Shown: positions 1-10,107, counted from the first letter of the stretch. The stretch is 64,000 bases of DNA from Capsulimonadaceae bacterium (GCA_965215505.1 OZ244065.1:2688001-2752000), one strand, 5' to 3'. Numbers and translations: made by a program. Notes: a model not told the origin generated them from the sequence alone.

Positions 1-1
1 A

Positions 2-1033
2 ACGGTCTTCCCGTTCCCGCCGCTCAACCCGGACGGGACGGTGCAGGAGGAGATGGCCTCGGCGAGCGAGCTGGAAATGATCGTCCCGGACGGGGCCGAC
101 GCCGTCCGCGTGGGCGTCGAGCTATCCGGGAAGGGCACGGCCTCCTTCTTCGGCCTGACCCTGGCCGGGAAAGCGATGGACAGGGGCCGCCTGAACGACC
201 GCCTGGTGGACCGGATGAAGGCGGCGGGCGACGTGTACTCGCCCGCCGTGGAACGCGCCTTCCGAGCCACGCCCCGCCACTTCTTCCTGCCGGGCCAGAA
301 TTGGGGAACCGCCTACCGGGACGACGCCATCGTCACGCACCACGCGGACAGGTCGGAGGAGGCCATTTCGTCGTCGAGCCAACCGACCATGATGGCGGTC
401 ATGCTGGAGCAGCTTGAAGTCGAGCCGGGGATGCGCGTCCTGGAGATCGGGGCGGGGACCGGCTACAACTCGGCCCTGCTCGCCCACCTAACCGGCGACC
501 CCGCTCTGGTCTGGACCGTGGACGTGACCAAGGAGTTCTGCGCCGAGGCCGGCGCCCACCTGCAAGCGGCCAGCATCGAGGGCGTCCACGTTGTCTGCGC
601 GGACGGCTGGGGCGGGTGGCCGCAGGCCGCCCCTTACGACCGCATCATCGTCACCGCGAACGCCTACGACATCGCGCCCGCGTGGATGAATCAGCTCGCG
701 GACGGCGGGCGGCTCGTCGTCCCGTGGGGAGCGCCCAACGTCGAGCAGCGCTGCCTGGCCTTCCGCCGGGACGGCGAGCGCCTGGTCATGGACGGCCTGC
801 ACGTCTGTAGCTTCATGCGGATGCGCGGCGCGTCGGAGTGGACGCCCGCGCAGGATGCCGGAGGGTGGGACCGGAACGACTGGCTCTTTCCCGGCCAGCC
901 TCCGGGGGAGCCGACAAGCCTCATCGCCTACCCGTCCGGGACAGCGCCCGCGCCGGGTGAGGGCGAGTTTATCACCCAGCGTCGCTGGTTCGATTACGTC
1001 GCCTCTTGGGGCGGACCAAGCCGAACGGATTAG
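2..1033 (+). CDS. Protein-L-isoaspartate O-methyltransferase (PCMT) family protein with an N-terminal extension; probably 5'-truncated by the window edge
   Basis: Motifs VERAFRATPRHFF, SSSQP, VLEIGAGTGYNSALL, YDRIIVT, GGRLVVP. Frame is open from position 2, upstream of the GTG at 41. Confidence 0.8.
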   Translation, partial: TVFPFPPLNPDGTVQEEMASASELEMIVPDGADAVRVGVELSGKGTASFFGLTLAGKAMDRGRLNDRLVDRMKAAGDVYSPAVERAFRATPRHFFLPGQNWGTAYRDDAIVTHHADRSEEAISSSSQPTMMAVMLEQLEVEPGMRVLEIGAGTGYNSALLAHLTGDPALVWTVDVTKEFCAEAGAHLQAASIEGVHVVCADGWGGWPQAAPYDRIIVTANAYDIAPAWMNQLADGGRLVVPWGAPNVEQRCLAFRRDGERLVMDGLHVCSFMRMRGASEWTPAQDAGGWDRNDWLFPGQPPGEPTSLIAYPSGTAPAPGEGEFITQRRWFDYVASWGGPSRTD

Positions 1034-1097
1034 CCGCCCCGCTTTCTTGGAAGAACCGGTCCGAGGTTCCCACAGCCCCTTAGAATAGACAACCCTT

Positions 1098-2504
1098 ATG
1101 CATCTCGTCTGGCACCGCAGCGAACTCCGCACCCACGACCACCCCGCTCTGCATAGCGCCGCGCTCATGGCGCACGAGTCTGGCGCGAAGGTCCTGCCAC
1201 TCGTCATCTTAGACCCCAAGATATTCGGGCGCAGCGACCTCACGCCGCGCCGTCAGGCCTGGTTTCTGGAGAACACGCGCGCCCTGCGCGACAGTTACCG
1301 CCGCCTCGGCTCCGACCTAGTGGTGCGGCGCGGCGAGCCGGCGCAGGTGCTGGACGAGTTGGCGCGCGGCCTGCAAGGGACCGGACACGCCCTGACGCAC
1401 GCGCACTTCATCCGCACCTACACCCCCTACGCCAAGCAGCGCGATGAGGCCGCCGCCGAAGCCTTGCGCGCACGCGGCATCGAGGTCTGCTCCTACGGCG
1501 GCCAGTACACGCAGGAACCCGGCACGGTCCTCACCGACGAGGGCGGGCGCTACGGCGTCTTCGGGGCCTACCGCAAGAAGTGGAAAACGCTGGAATTGCC
1601 GCCGGTCATTGAGGCCCCCGACGCGCTGCCCGCGCTGCCAGCTGGCCTGGACCTCGGCGACATCCCGCACGTCAGCTCCGATATTACTCTGCCGCCGGCT
1701 GGGGAAGTCGCCGCGCGCGAGCGCCTGGACTGGTTCATCGGGAACGCCGAGGCAGACTACCAGAAGACGCGCAACGAGCCGAGCCGCGAGGATGCGACTT
1801 CCAAACTCAGCTACTACTTCAACATCGGCGCGCTCTCGCCGCGCCTGGCGATGCACCACGCCCGCACCTACAAGTGGAAGTTCGAGCTGACCTGGTGGGA
1901 CTTCTTCGCCGACACTCTGGACCGCCTGCCCGAGAGCGCCGCCCTGGAAGCCAAGAGCGACTGGCGTGGCTTCCCGTGGCGGCGCGACGCCAACCAGCTC
2001 GCGCAATGGGCGCAGGGCCATACCGGCTACCCCTATGTTGACGCGGGGATGCGCGAGCTGCACCAGACCGGCTTCATGCACAACAACGCGCGCATGGTCT
2101 GCGCGAGTTTCCTGACCAAGCACCTGCTCATTGACTGGCGCGACGGTGAGGAGATATTTCGCGGCCTGCTGCTCTGCGGTGACCGCGCCCAGAACGTCGG
2201 CAACTGGCAGTGGATCGCGGGCTGCGGCGTGGACGGCTCGCCGTACTTCCGCATCTACAACCCGGTTTCCCAGGCCGCCCGCCGCGACCCCCAGGGCGTC
2301 TACATCCGGCGCTGGATTCCGGAGCTTGCCGATGTGCCCGACGAATGGATCGGCCGTCCATTTCTGATGGAGACGCCGCCGCCAAATTACGCGCACCCGA
2401 TGATCGGCCTGGACGAAGGCCGCGACCGCTTCAAGCAGACCGCCACCGCCTTCCTGCTTACGGCGCGTGAAGGCAAGGCCGACGGGCCGACGCCGGAAGA
2501 GTGA
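1098..2504 (+). CDS. phrB: Deoxyribodipyrimidine photolyase / cryptochrome family
   Basis: N-terminal WHRSELRTHDHPAL, TSKLSYY, GHTGYPYVDAGMREL..TGFMHN..RM..ASFLTKHL, NVGNWQW, RIYNP, YIRRWIPEL. Confidence 0.9.
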   Translation: MHLVWHRSELRTHDHPALHSAALMAHESGAKVLPLVILDPKIFGRSDLTPRRQAWFLENTRALRDSYRRLGSDLVVRRGEPAQVLDELARGLQGTGHALTHAHFIRTYTPYAKQRDEAAAEALRARGIEVCSYGGQYTQEPGTVLTDEGGRYGVFGAYRKKWKTLELPPVIEAPDALPALPAGLDLGDIPHVSSDITLPPAGEVAARERLDWFIGNAEADYQKTRNEPSREDATSKLSYYFNIGALSPRLAMHHARTYKWKFELTWWDFFADTLDRLPESAALEAKSDWRGFPWRRDANQLAQWAQGHTGYPYVDAGMRELHQTGFMHNNARMVCASFLTKHLLIDWRDGEEIFRGLLLCGDRAQNVGNWQWIAGCGVDGSPYFRIYNPVSQAARRDPQGVYIRRWIPELADVPDEWIGRPFLMETPPPNYAHPMIGLDEGRDRFKQTATAFLLTAREGKADGPTPEE

Positions 2505-2530
2505 TCCGGTTACAGCAATGACAGAGCGGT

Positions 2531-3508
2531 TCACCTCCCGGCGAGCTGCCGGCTGTGCTGGGACTGGTAGGCCGCCAAGGTCCCGCGCGTGATCGCGAGT
2601 GTCGGGATGATGAGGCGATTGCTTGCGGGGATGCCGCTCTTATCGCCCCGCGCCAGGGCGGCCAGCATTCGGACGGACTCGTAGCCGAACCGGTAGGGCT
2701 GCTGGGCGATAGTGCCGTAGATCGTGCCGTCCTGGACGGCGTCCAGCGTCTGAGTCTCCTCGTCGAAGGCGACGACGCGCACCTTGCCGGCCAGGCCCTT
2801 CGCCCGCACCGCGTCCGCGATGGCCGGGCCGTTGTAGCTCCACAGGCCGACCAGCCCGGCGATGTGCGGGTACTGCGCCAGCACGTCCGTGACGTTCTGC
2901 CGAGCGCGGGCGTGGTCGGTGTCGTCGGTCCGCACGCCCAATATCGTGACCCGCGACCCGCGCAGGGCGTCCCGGATTCCCTGGGCGCGGTCATGGGCGT
3001 TCTGCGCGTCCGCCTTGCCGACGAACAGCATGATCTGTCCGCCGCGCGGCAAAGCTTTCCTGATTAGCGCACCCGCCATGACGCCCGCCGCGTGGTTGTC
3101 GGTGCCGACGTAGCACAACCGGCGGGAGGCCGCCGCGTCGCTGTCCGCCGTGATCAGGTTCGTCCTGGCGGCGACCCCGTTCAGATACGAAACCTCGTTT
3201 GCCGGGTCCACGGGGCTGACAGCGATACCATCCGTCCCCGCTGCCAGCAGATCGTCCACATCCTGCTTTTGGGTAGCCGCCGTGCCGTCACTGGGCATGA
3301 CAAACTGGACATCCACGTTCCCCAAATCCCGCGCCGCCGCCTCGGTCCCCCTGCGGCAGATTGTCCAGTAGTCGGAGGGATTGTTGGTGACGAAGGCGAG
3401 CCGCGTCTTCGCCGCCGTTTGGGGCTGCGGGTCGGGCGTCTGGGCATGGGCGCTGACGGCAAGGCTGGCAAGGGCCGCGAAAAAGGCGGAGCGGGTGTTG
3501 AGGGTCAT
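2531..3508 (-). CDS. Sugar ABC transporter periplasmic substrate-binding protein (RbsB-like)
   Basis: Signal peptide (AHA-Q); DGIAVSPVD, YVGTDN..AG, VVAFD, TIAQQPY.FGY motifs of Peripla_BP_4; GGAG RBS. Confidence 0.85.
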   Translation of the reverse strand: MTLNTRSAFFAALASLAVSAHAQTPDPQPQTAAKTRLAFVTNNPSDYWTICRRGTEAAARDLGNVDVQFVMPSDGTAATQKQDVDDLLAAGTDGIAVSPVDPANEVSYLNGVAARTNLITADSDAAASRRLCYVGTDNHAAGVMAGALIRKALPRGGQIMLFVGKADAQNAHDRAQGIRDALRGSRVTILGVRTDDTDHARARQNVTDVLAQYPHIAGLVGLWSYNGPAIADAVRAKGLAGKVRVVAFDEETQTLDAVQDGTIYGTIAQQPYRFGYESVRMLAALARGDKSGIPASNRLIIPTLAITRGTLAAYQSQHSRQLAGR

Positions 3509-3555
3509 TAGGATCTCCAGGGAGAGGCGAGCGAGATGAGTGCAGGGTGGAATTA

Positions 3556-3721
3556 GGACGAGTGATTGGAAATCACTCGCTCCTATCAGACCTGTCCAGG
3601 GGACAGAAGAAGGTAAAAAGAGGGGTTAGGAGGGACAGGCAGGGGGCGGGTGTTCGGCATCAGGTGTTCCCTTGTCCCCTGGACAAATCTGCGTCAGCGA
3701 GTGACTTCAGTCACTCGTTCC
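3556..3721. repeat. Dispersed nested-palindrome element (REPIN/MITE-like), copy 1
   Basis: CGAGTGA..TCACTCG hairpins at both ends, inner CTGTCCAGGGGACAG and TTGTCCCCTGGACAA hairpins; homologous ends at 16066-16243 and 53792-53936. Confidence 0.85.
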
Positions 3722-3734
3722 AACTCGGGACGCC

Positions 3735-3911
3735 TCAGTTCACCGAGCGCGTCGTGGCGAGGACGAACTCGTACTCCTCATCCTGGAAGCGCGGGTCGCT
3801 GGCGTAGATCGGCTCCCACTCGTCCCTGCCGCGCGTCCCCACAAGAACGGTGAAGCAGGAGCGCAGGCAGGCCATCAGAGACGAGAGCATCGGCAAGTCT
3901 CGGTTGAGCAT
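3735..3911 (-). CDS. Small hypothetical protein, 58 aa (MLNRDLPMLSSLMACLRSCFTVLVGTRGRDEWEPIYASDPRFQDEEYEFVLATTRSVN)
   Basis: Read by hand (absent from the ORF track); AAGGA RBS close to the ATG; GC-rich third positions; fills the gap between two minus-strand genes. Confidence 0.5.
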   Translation of the reverse strand: MLNRDLPMLSSLMACLRSCFTVLVGTRGRDEWEPIYASDPRFQDEEYEFVLATTRSVN

Positions 3912-4004
3912 GGTTCCTTATTCCCCAAGTCCGCCCTCGTCATACCCGTCTTTTGTTACATTTCGCCGCCGCGCAGGACTCTTCCTGCGCGGCGGCGCTT
4001 GTGT

Positions 4005-5666
4005 TCATGGCAATGTCGGCTTCATCCGGGAAAAGTCCAGGGCCGTCCCCGCCAGGATGACGTCGGGCGCGAGCGGCTTCTGCTTGAAATTGAAGCAGTC
4101 CAGCATGTCGTTCGCGCCCGCGTCGCGGGTCGCAAGCGGGGCCAGGCCGTAGCGCTCCTCGATCAGCTTCAGCGGGGACGTAAAATCCAGCCGCGTGTGG
4201 CAGACCGCGCCGGGCTTGGCGTAGGGCGAGATCACCAGGGTCGGGACGCGCGGGCCGTAGCCGTACTGGTCCACGGCGGGCGGCGCGACGTGGTCGTAGA
4301 AGCCGCCGTAGTCGTCCCAGGTGACGATGATCGCCGTGTCCTTCCACGCGCTGCTGCCCATGATGGCGTTCACCAGGTCGGTCACATGGCGCATCCCGCG
4401 CGCCGAGTCGGCCGGCGGGTGTTCGCTGTCCCGCGCGGTCGGGACGATCCAGCAGACTTCCGGCAGCGTCCCCGCCTTCACGTCCGCGTAGAACTGGTCC
4501 AGGCCGACCAGGTGGGCCATCAGGGCCGGACTCTTCTGGAACTGCTTGAAGCCGGGCATCGGGTTCCACAGGCTGTGCTTGTGCGGGTTGGGCTTCTCGT
4601 CGTAGTATTTCCAGCTCACATGCGACTGTTCCAGAAGCTCGGCCATCGTCGGGAACGTGTAGACGCCGTCCTGCCCGGCGAGGTTCGGGGCGGGGTTGTT
4701 GACCAGCCCGCCGGACCGGGCCGCCACCGTGTACAGGTGGTTCGGCTCGCTCGGCCCCGCCACCGACGAAAAGAAGGCGTCGCAGAGGGTGTATTTGCGG
4801 GCGTAGTCCCAGTAGTTCGGGATCTCGTGCCAGTCGTAATACGACAGCGTGTTACGCACCCAATCGGGCGTCGGCCCCCCAGGCGGCTGGGTCAGGTGTT
4901 CGGTGGGGAGCTGCCCCGCCGCGACGGCCTCGCCTTCCGCGCCCCCTGCCCCGCCGGTCCCCTGGGGCGCGACGGTCCGCAGCAGGGCCGCCATCTCGAC
5001 AGGGCCGATCTGCCCGTCCTTGTTGCGGTCGTACTGAGACAGCCAGGCCGTCGCCTGGGCGTCCGCCCCGGCCGCCCCCGCCGCCGCGAGCAGCGCGGGC
5101 GTCCCGGCCACGGCCTTCGCCAGCTCGGGGCCGTTCAGCTTGCCGTCGCCGTCGGCATCGAACTGGCGGATCAGCGCCAGGGCGCGCTGGCGCGGGCGCG
5201 CGCCGCCGGCCCGGCCCGCCTGCACGAGCGCCCCGCTGACCGGCATGATGTCCTCAGGGTCGAGGGTCGGCAGCGTCCCCTTCCAGTAGTAGGCCAATGC
5301 CTGCGGCCACTCGGCCCACAAAAACCCGTCCATTTTGCCGCCGTTCGCGGCGACGTGCGCGGCCTGCCAGCTATGGTTCAGGTCGTGCGGGATGGCGGTC
5401 TTGTTCAGGTGGAACGGCGCTTCGGTCGCCGGCTGCCCCGGCTGGTAGGCGAACTTCACCCCCTTGGGGATGCCGTTCGCGCCGGGGAACGTGCCGAAAT
5501 AGTGGTCGAAGGTGATGTTCTCCTGGATGATGTAGACGAAGTGCTTCAGAGGCATCGGCACCTTCTTCAGCGGCGCGGCCAGGGGCGTCGGGGCGGCGAA
5601 GACGGCGGCAGGCAGCCCTAGATAGAGGATCAGGGCGGGGAGGGCAAGGCGGAGTCGTCGGAGCAT
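4005..5666 (-). CDS. Secreted phosphoesterase (phospholipase C / acid phosphatase family) with an EF-hand insertion
   Basis: [76 protein letters not shown]; signal peptide. Confidence 0.85.
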   Translation of the reverse strand: MLRRLRLALPALILYLGLPAAVFAAPTPLAAPLKKVPMPLKHFVYIIQENITFDHYFGTFPGANGIPKGVKFAYQPGQPATEAPFHLNKTAIPHDLNHSWQAAHVAANGGKMDGFLWAEWPQALAYYWKGTLPTLDPEDIMPVSGALVQAGRAGGARPRQRALALIRQFDADGDGKLNGPELAKAVAGTPALLAAAGAAGADAQATAWLSQYDRNKDGQIGPVEMAALLRTVAPQGTGGAGGAEGEAVAAGQLPTEHLTQPPGGPTPDWVRNTLSYYDWHEIPNYWDYARKYTLCDAFFSSVAGPSEPNHLYTVAARSGGLVNNPAPNLAGQDGVYTFPTMAELLEQSHVSWKYYDEKPNPHKHSLWNPMPGFKQFQKSPALMAHLVGLDQFYADVKAGTLPEVCWIVPTARDSEHPPADSARGMRHVTDLVNAIMGSSAWKDTAIIVTWDDYGGFYDHVAPPAVDQYGYGPRVPTLVISPYAKPGAVCHTRLDFTSPLKLIEERYGLAPLATRDAGANDMLDCFNFKQKPLAPDVILAGTALDFSRMKPTLP

Positions 5667-5745
5667 CGGCGGGTTCCTTTCACCGGTGGGAGGTGCGCGG
5701 GCGCGGCAGGCGGCTGCTTGTCAGACGCCGGATCGGTGCCTTTGT

Positions 5746-6330
5746 TCAGCCGCCTTCCGCGTCGCGCGTTGCGATCCATCCCAGCAAGGCCGTATCTGCG
5801 CCGCCCACCTCCACCACGCGCCCGGCGTGAGTCATCGCACCCAGCCCGTGTTCGACGTCCCAGCGGCAGCGGAACTCGAAACTGACGTAGGCAGTGCCCC
5901 GCTTGGCAACGGTGAGAATGTAGACGCTGAGAAGACTGACCAGTGTTCGTAACTGGTCGCGGCTCTGGAGGTCCGGCATCAACTCCTCGGCTTCCTCATC
6001 CGTGTACCCGTAGGCCTCCTGCTCCTCCGGGTAGCGGTCGAAGACCGTCTGGAGGATGGCGTCCCGGATCTCCCCCTGATGGTCCACCAGATGCAGGTAG
6101 GCGGCGGCCTGTTCCGCTGTGGGGAGTGCGCCCACCCGGTCCGGCGATGCTACCGACAGCGTCACCAGTCCGTCAGAGGGCATGGGGGAGGCGCGCAGCA
6201 GGATTCGCTCATGCCCATCTTGGGAGGCCTCCCAGGCGGGCAGGGTGAGCGGGCTTTTCCAGTCCCCGGAGCCATAAGACTCTTCCCATTCCAGCGGCGG
6301 GAACGGCGGCAGGTCCAGCGTCTTTTCCAT
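5746..6330 (-). CDS. Hypothetical protein, DUF6985-like
   Basis: C-terminal FEFRCRWDVEHGLG motif; ATG at 6330 lies just after the upstream gene's stop. Confidence 0.6.
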   Translation of the reverse strand: MEKTLDLPPFPPLEWEESYGSGDWKSPLTLPAWEASQDGHERILLRASPMPSDGLVTLSVASPDRVGALPTAEQAAAYLHLVDHQGEIRDAILQTVFDRYPEEQEAYGYTDEEAEELMPDLQSRDQLRTLVSLLSVYILTVAKRGTAYVSFEFRCRWDVEHGLGAMTHAGRVVEVGGADTALLGWIATRDAEGG

Positions 6331-6332
6331 GG

Positions 6333-6590
6333 TCAGCAGACCACCTCGAAGGGCTTTACGCTGGCGGCAATCAGTGCGTCGCCCTTGTCGTCTTCGAGCA
6401 GGAGCAGGTGGACGTTGCGCTCCTGGGCCAGCGCCTTCACGGCCTCCAGCCCGCCGCCGCGCTTCTCCACGGAGGTCAGCTTCCGCTGGCTCATGGTGTA
6501 AGAACCGTCGGCGACGCCGTCCAGCCACTCGGCAGCCCATTGTGCCGCCGCTTCCGTCTCAGGGGTTGACTCAGTGTTTGATTTGTTCAT
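6333..6590 (-). CDS. Hypothetical protein (85 aa)
   Basis: AGGAGAGG RBS; protein-like acidic composition; tightly packed with neighbours. Confidence 0.65.
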   Translation of the reverse strand: MNKSNTESTPETEAAAQWAAEWLDGVADGSYTMSQRKLTSVEKRGGGLEAVKALAQERNVHLLLLEDDKGDALIAASVKPFEVVC

Positions 6591-6608
6591 GGTTTTCCTC
6601 TCCTGTGA

Positions 6609-6995
6609 TTACTCTACTTTGGTGGCGATCCACCAGGTCGTGCCTCCGGCGTCTTTGACCCCGCCCCGCTTGTCCTCGTCATCTTTTTTCACGGGGCTTT
6701 GGACCGACTCCGCTCCCGCCGCGAGGGCCTGGCGGTAGGTCGCGTCCACGTCCGGGACGTACACATGCACATGGGAGGGGGCCGGGGGCCAGGCCTCCTC
6801 GCGGTCTGCCAGCATCACCACCGTATCGCCGATGCGGACCTCGGCATGGGCGAGTCTGCCGCCGGCACCGGGGAAGCGGCGCAGTTCCGTCGCGCCGAAG
6901 ACGCGCGCAAGGAACTCAATCGTGCCGGCGGCATCGGTAACGATGAGGTAAGGCGAAACCGTGGTATAGTTCTGGGGCTTGTAGGATGAAGTCAT
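6609..6995 (-). CDS. VOC/glyoxalase family protein (PhnB-like)
   Basis: TVSPYLIV.DA, HAEVRIGDTVVMLAD, VYVPDVDATY..ALAAGA, GVKD..G..WWIAT; GAGGAG RBS. Confidence 0.9.
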   Translation of the reverse strand: MTSSYKPQNYTTVSPYLIVTDAAGTIEFLARVFGATELRRFPGAGGRLAHAEVRIGDTVVMLADREEAWPPAPSHVHVYVPDVDATYRQALAAGAESVQSPVKKDDEDKRGGVKDAGGTTWWIATKVE

Positions 6996-7017
6996 CGTGG
7001 CTCCTCATGCCATGCGC

Positions 7018-7347
7018 TCAGTCGGCCTTCTCCTCACTCAGTATTTGCTCCACCCGCTGCCAGTCCAGGACCCGGACGAGCGCCGGCCAGGCTTGAAGGA
7101 CGCGCCGGAATGAGCCGACATCGCGCGCCGGCGCCCCCACGAGCAGCCCGCCGATGAAGCAAGCCGCCCCATAAAGATGTGAGCCGTAAGCATACAAAAT
7201 CCCCAGGGCCGAGGCCGCGATGAGGATGGCCTCGACCTGCCAGGACTGCCGCAGCAACCCGAGGAAAGTCGGCGGTCGCAGGCGGTAGCCCTGATACCGT
7301 TGCAGAACGGTCCGCTGTAGTCTGGTAGTGCCATGAGTCCCCTTCAT
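7018..7347 (-). CDS. Hypothetical small membrane protein (start uncertain)
   Basis: Two hydrophobic segments; C-terminal WP.L.RVLDW.RVE. Confidence 0.5.
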   Translation of the reverse strand: MKGTHGTTRLQRTVLQRYQGYRLRPPTFLGLLRQSWQVEAILIAASALGILYAYGSHLYGAACFIGGLLVGAPARDVGSFRRVLQAWPALVRVLDWQRVEQILSEEKAD

Positions 7348-7357
7348 TCCTCCGCGC

Positions 7358-8506
7358 TCAGGGCAACGGGAGGTCATTGAACCCAAACGGCGCTTCCACG
7401 GCGCGCACATCGGGGATTTCGATCACCAGCGTCTGCGGCCTGCCGGGGCTGTTCCCGGCACCAGGCGGGGCACGGGTGAAAGGCACGGTGAACCGGACGG
7501 GGTCACCGATGCCATTTTCCACGCGCGCATCGCCGGAGACGTACTCGCGGCCTCGCGCATCAAACAGGTGGACCCGCTTTTCGATCTGGGAATACAGCGG
7601 CAGCACGTCCTGCAAGTCGAACTCCCGCTGCGACACGGACAGATGAACGTCGTAACCACGGCTTGTCGCGGCTATTTTCCGCACGACGTACCGCGACACG
7701 CCCGCCGGGCGCGGCACGGTCCGCGCCGCGTGACGCGCCCGGAGGATGTCCGGCACCGTCCACCATTTGATGTTGAAGCCCACGAACAGCCGCGCCGTGC
7801 CCCTGGCCTCCGCCAGCCGACGGCTGTCAGAAGGCCCGCCGTCCGAGAAGTAGAGGACATTGGACACAAATCCGAAGCCGCCGCCGACCGCCTCGGTGGG
7901 GTTCCCCGGCGCGAAGACCGTCCGGCCCTTCTCGTCCATAGCGGCGTCCAGATGGAGCGCCGGCACCCGGTCGAGCAGGCGCATCTTCGGGTCAACAAGG
8001 AGGAACAGGCTCAACTCCCTGGGCGATTGAGGGGAGCCGGCCATGAACAGCACCAGGCCGTGCCCGGAGATCGGGCACCCTGCCGATATCCCCAGCCCGC
8101 GAGGCACTACGAACAAGGGCTTCGGGCCGGATCCCGTGCCGATGTCAAGGTCAAACCGGGTGCAGAGGGCGCGCAGGGCCAGCCAAAACGGCTGGCGCTC
8201 CATGTCCACGCTGACCGGCGCACGCGGTTTTCCGTCCACGGTGTCGGCGTAGCGCGCGTCAATGCCGATCCCCGCCTGCCGCACCAACTCGTCGAAGACG
8301 GCCTTCCGCGTGGCGCTCTTGAAGTGCAGTGAGACCAGCGTCGGCCCGCCGATCAGCCGGGTCAGCTCGTCCATCGTCACCGTCTTGGCGACGCTGTTAC
8401 CGGCCCTGTTTTCCTGCGCCCGCATGGGGGCGGCGAGAGCAGCCGCTGCCAGCAGTGCAGGGATACAGGCGCGGAAGAAGTGGCCGGTCGTCGTCTGGCT
8501 CGCCAT
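7358..8506 (-). CDS. Hypothetical secreted protein
   Basis: Signal peptide (ALLAAAALAAPMRA-Q); N-terminal LVSLHFKSATRKAVFDELVRQAG loosely resembles STN/secretin N-domain segments. Confidence 0.6.
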   Translation of the reverse strand: MASQTTTGHFFRACIPALLAAAALAAPMRAQENRAGNSVAKTVTMDELTRLIGGPTLVSLHFKSATRKAVFDELVRQAGIGIDARYADTVDGKPRAPVSVDMERQPFWLALRALCTRFDLDIGTGSGPKPLFVVPRGLGISAGCPISGHGLVLFMAGSPQSPRELSLFLLVDPKMRLLDRVPALHLDAAMDEKGRTVFAPGNPTEAVGGGFGFVSNVLYFSDGGPSDSRRLAEARGTARLFVGFNIKWWTVPDILRARHAARTVPRPAGVSRYVVRKIAATSRGYDVHLSVSQREFDLQDVLPLYSQIEKRVHLFDARGREYVSGDARVENGIGDPVRFTVPFTRAPPGAGNSPGRPQTLVIEIPDVRAVEAPFGFNDLPLP

Positions 8507-8556
8507 GTCCGTTCTCCGTTCCTCAACCCAGGTCAAGACCCTGCCGCGCGGAGGCC

Positions 8557-8949
8557 TTATCTCCTCACCGGCGGCAGGATGATGACCTCGCCGCCACGCG
8601 CGATCCACTCGCGAACACTCGTGACCTGGGGCGGGCCGTGCCAGGCGTCCTCAAACGGCCCAACCGTCGCGGACACTGAGGGCGCTAAGTCCCGTAACCA
8701 TTCCGCCACCTGGGAGTGATCTTCCTCCGAGGGAGAGTCGCGACGCGCTTTGCAGAGGAAGCCGGAGCCTTGCTCCGCCCCGCCTCCGCCGCCGAAGGTC
8801 AGCCCGCGCGCCGCGACGATGTCAAGGAGCGCATCGAAAAACAGGTCCCTGTCTGGGGCACCCAGAACACGAGCGAAGTTCCAGGCGATGCCGAAACCGA
8901 ACTCCCGGAACTCGCCGCGATGTTTCTTCTTCCGCAGCCTCTTCTTCAT
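8557..8949 (-). CDS. yggL: YggL family (DUF469) 50S ribosome-binding protein
   Basis: Diagnostic N-terminus MKKRLRKKKHRGEFREFGF, FGGGG, and VGPFEDAW. Confidence 0.8.
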   Translation of the reverse strand: MKKRLRKKKHRGEFREFGFGIAWNFARVLGAPDRDLFFDALLDIVAARGLTFGGGGGAEQGSGFLCKARRDSPSEEDHSQVAEWLRDLAPSVSATVGPFEDAWHGPPQVTSVREWIARGGEVIILPPVRR

Positions 8950-9170
8950 GCGTTCATACCGAAAATTGTCTTCAATGCCGCGCACCGGAAGATAGGAACA
9001 ACGTGCGGTCTGCCTGCCTGTTCCACCCCCGCCGCCCCGAATCCTTCCTTCTTCCCCCTCGCCAAGCCCGCCTGCTTTTGTCCCTTGCGTTTTCTTCGTG
9101 GTCGTGTTATAATTCTCGCAATACAAACGCCGCCCGAGCGCGGCAGCCCCCACGCGGAGGAAGACCACGC

Positions 9171-9965
9171 ATGGCCCTGAAAGAAGTGCAAGTCCCGGCC
9201 GCCGAACCACCGCCCCGCCCCTCGGCCCCACCGCCGCCCAAAATGACTCGGCGCGACGCCTGGTGGGTGCAGCCTTTGATCACTGCCCTCGTCCTCGGCG
9301 GCTTCGCCGTCTACGCCACCTGGCGGGCATTCGAAAACGACCACTACCGGGTCGGGCCGTACCTGTCGCCGTTCTACTCCCCGGAGATCGTCACCAAATG
9401 GATGGTATTGGGGCGGCACTTCTCGCCCGCCCTGTTCATCCTGCCCTTCCCCCTGTTCTTCCGGGCGACCTGCTACTACTACCGCAAGGCCTACTACCGC
9501 GCCTTCTTCTGGGACCCGCCCGCCTGTGCCGTCGGCGAGATCGCGCCGCGCAAGAACTACACCGGCGAGCGCGCGTTTCCGTTCGTCCTGCAAAACCTGC
9601 ACCGCTACGCCTTCTACGGCGCGGTCGTCATCCTGGTCATCCTGTGGTGGGACGCCCTCCTGGCCTTCGACTTCGGCGGGCATTTCGGCATGGGGCTAGG
9701 CTCATTGGTGTTCCTGGTGAACATCGTCCTGCTGAGTCTCTACACGTTCTCCTGCCACTCCTGGCGGCACATGTCCGGCGGCTGCTCCAACTGCTTCTCC
9801 TGCTCGGCGGGGGCGAAGGTCCAGCACAGCGTCTGGGAGCGGGTGACGCACCTGAACGAGAACCACGCGCTGTGGGCGTGGCTGAGTCTGTTCAGCGTCG
9901 TCCTCACCGACCAATATGTGCGCGGCCTGGCAACGGGTCTGTTCCAGGACGTGCGGTTTTTCTAA
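9171..9965 (+). CDS. Succinate dehydrogenase membrane anchor, actinobacterial Sdh1 (Rv0249c-like) type
   Basis: YLSPFYSP, FRATCYYYRKAYYRAFFWDPPACAV, QNLHRY, CHSWRH, LNENHALWAW; GGAGG RBS; directly upstream of sdhA. Confidence 0.85.
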   Translation: MALKEVQVPAAEPPPRPSAPPPPKMTRRDAWWVQPLITALVLGGFAVYATWRAFENDHYRVGPYLSPFYSPEIVTKWMVLGRHFSPALFILPFPLFFRATCYYYRKAYYRAFFWDPPACAVGEIAPRKNYTGERAFPFVLQNLHRYAFYGAVVILVILWWDALLAFDFGGHFGMGLGSLVFLVNIVLLSLYTFSCHSWRHMSGGCSNCFSCSAGAKVQHSVWERVTHLNENHALWAWLSLFSVVLTDQYVRGLATGLFQDVRFF

Positions 9966-9967
9966 AC

Positions 9968-10083
9968 GTAGGGGCAGGCCCCCGTGCCTGTCCTTCCCTC
10001 CCCTGATCTGGGACGGACAACGCGGCCACAAACAACGCGGGCGGCCACAAACAACGCGGGCGGCCACAGAGGGCCGCCCCTAC
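9968..10083. repeat. GTAG-type REP pair enclosing a 19-bp tandem repeat
   Basis: GTAGGGGCAGG..CCTGTCC at left, GGGCGGCC..GGCCGCCCCTAC at right; unit GCGGCCACAAACAACGCGG about 2.5 times between. Confidence 0.75.
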
Positions 10084-10107
10084 CACATCAAATTGGCATA
10101 ACATATT

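Noticed and set aside
7038-7334. Alternative 98-aa ORF with a better-spaced RBS
   Set aside because: Translation looks non-protein-like compared with the overlapping membrane-protein frame; a frameshift near the start cannot be excluded.
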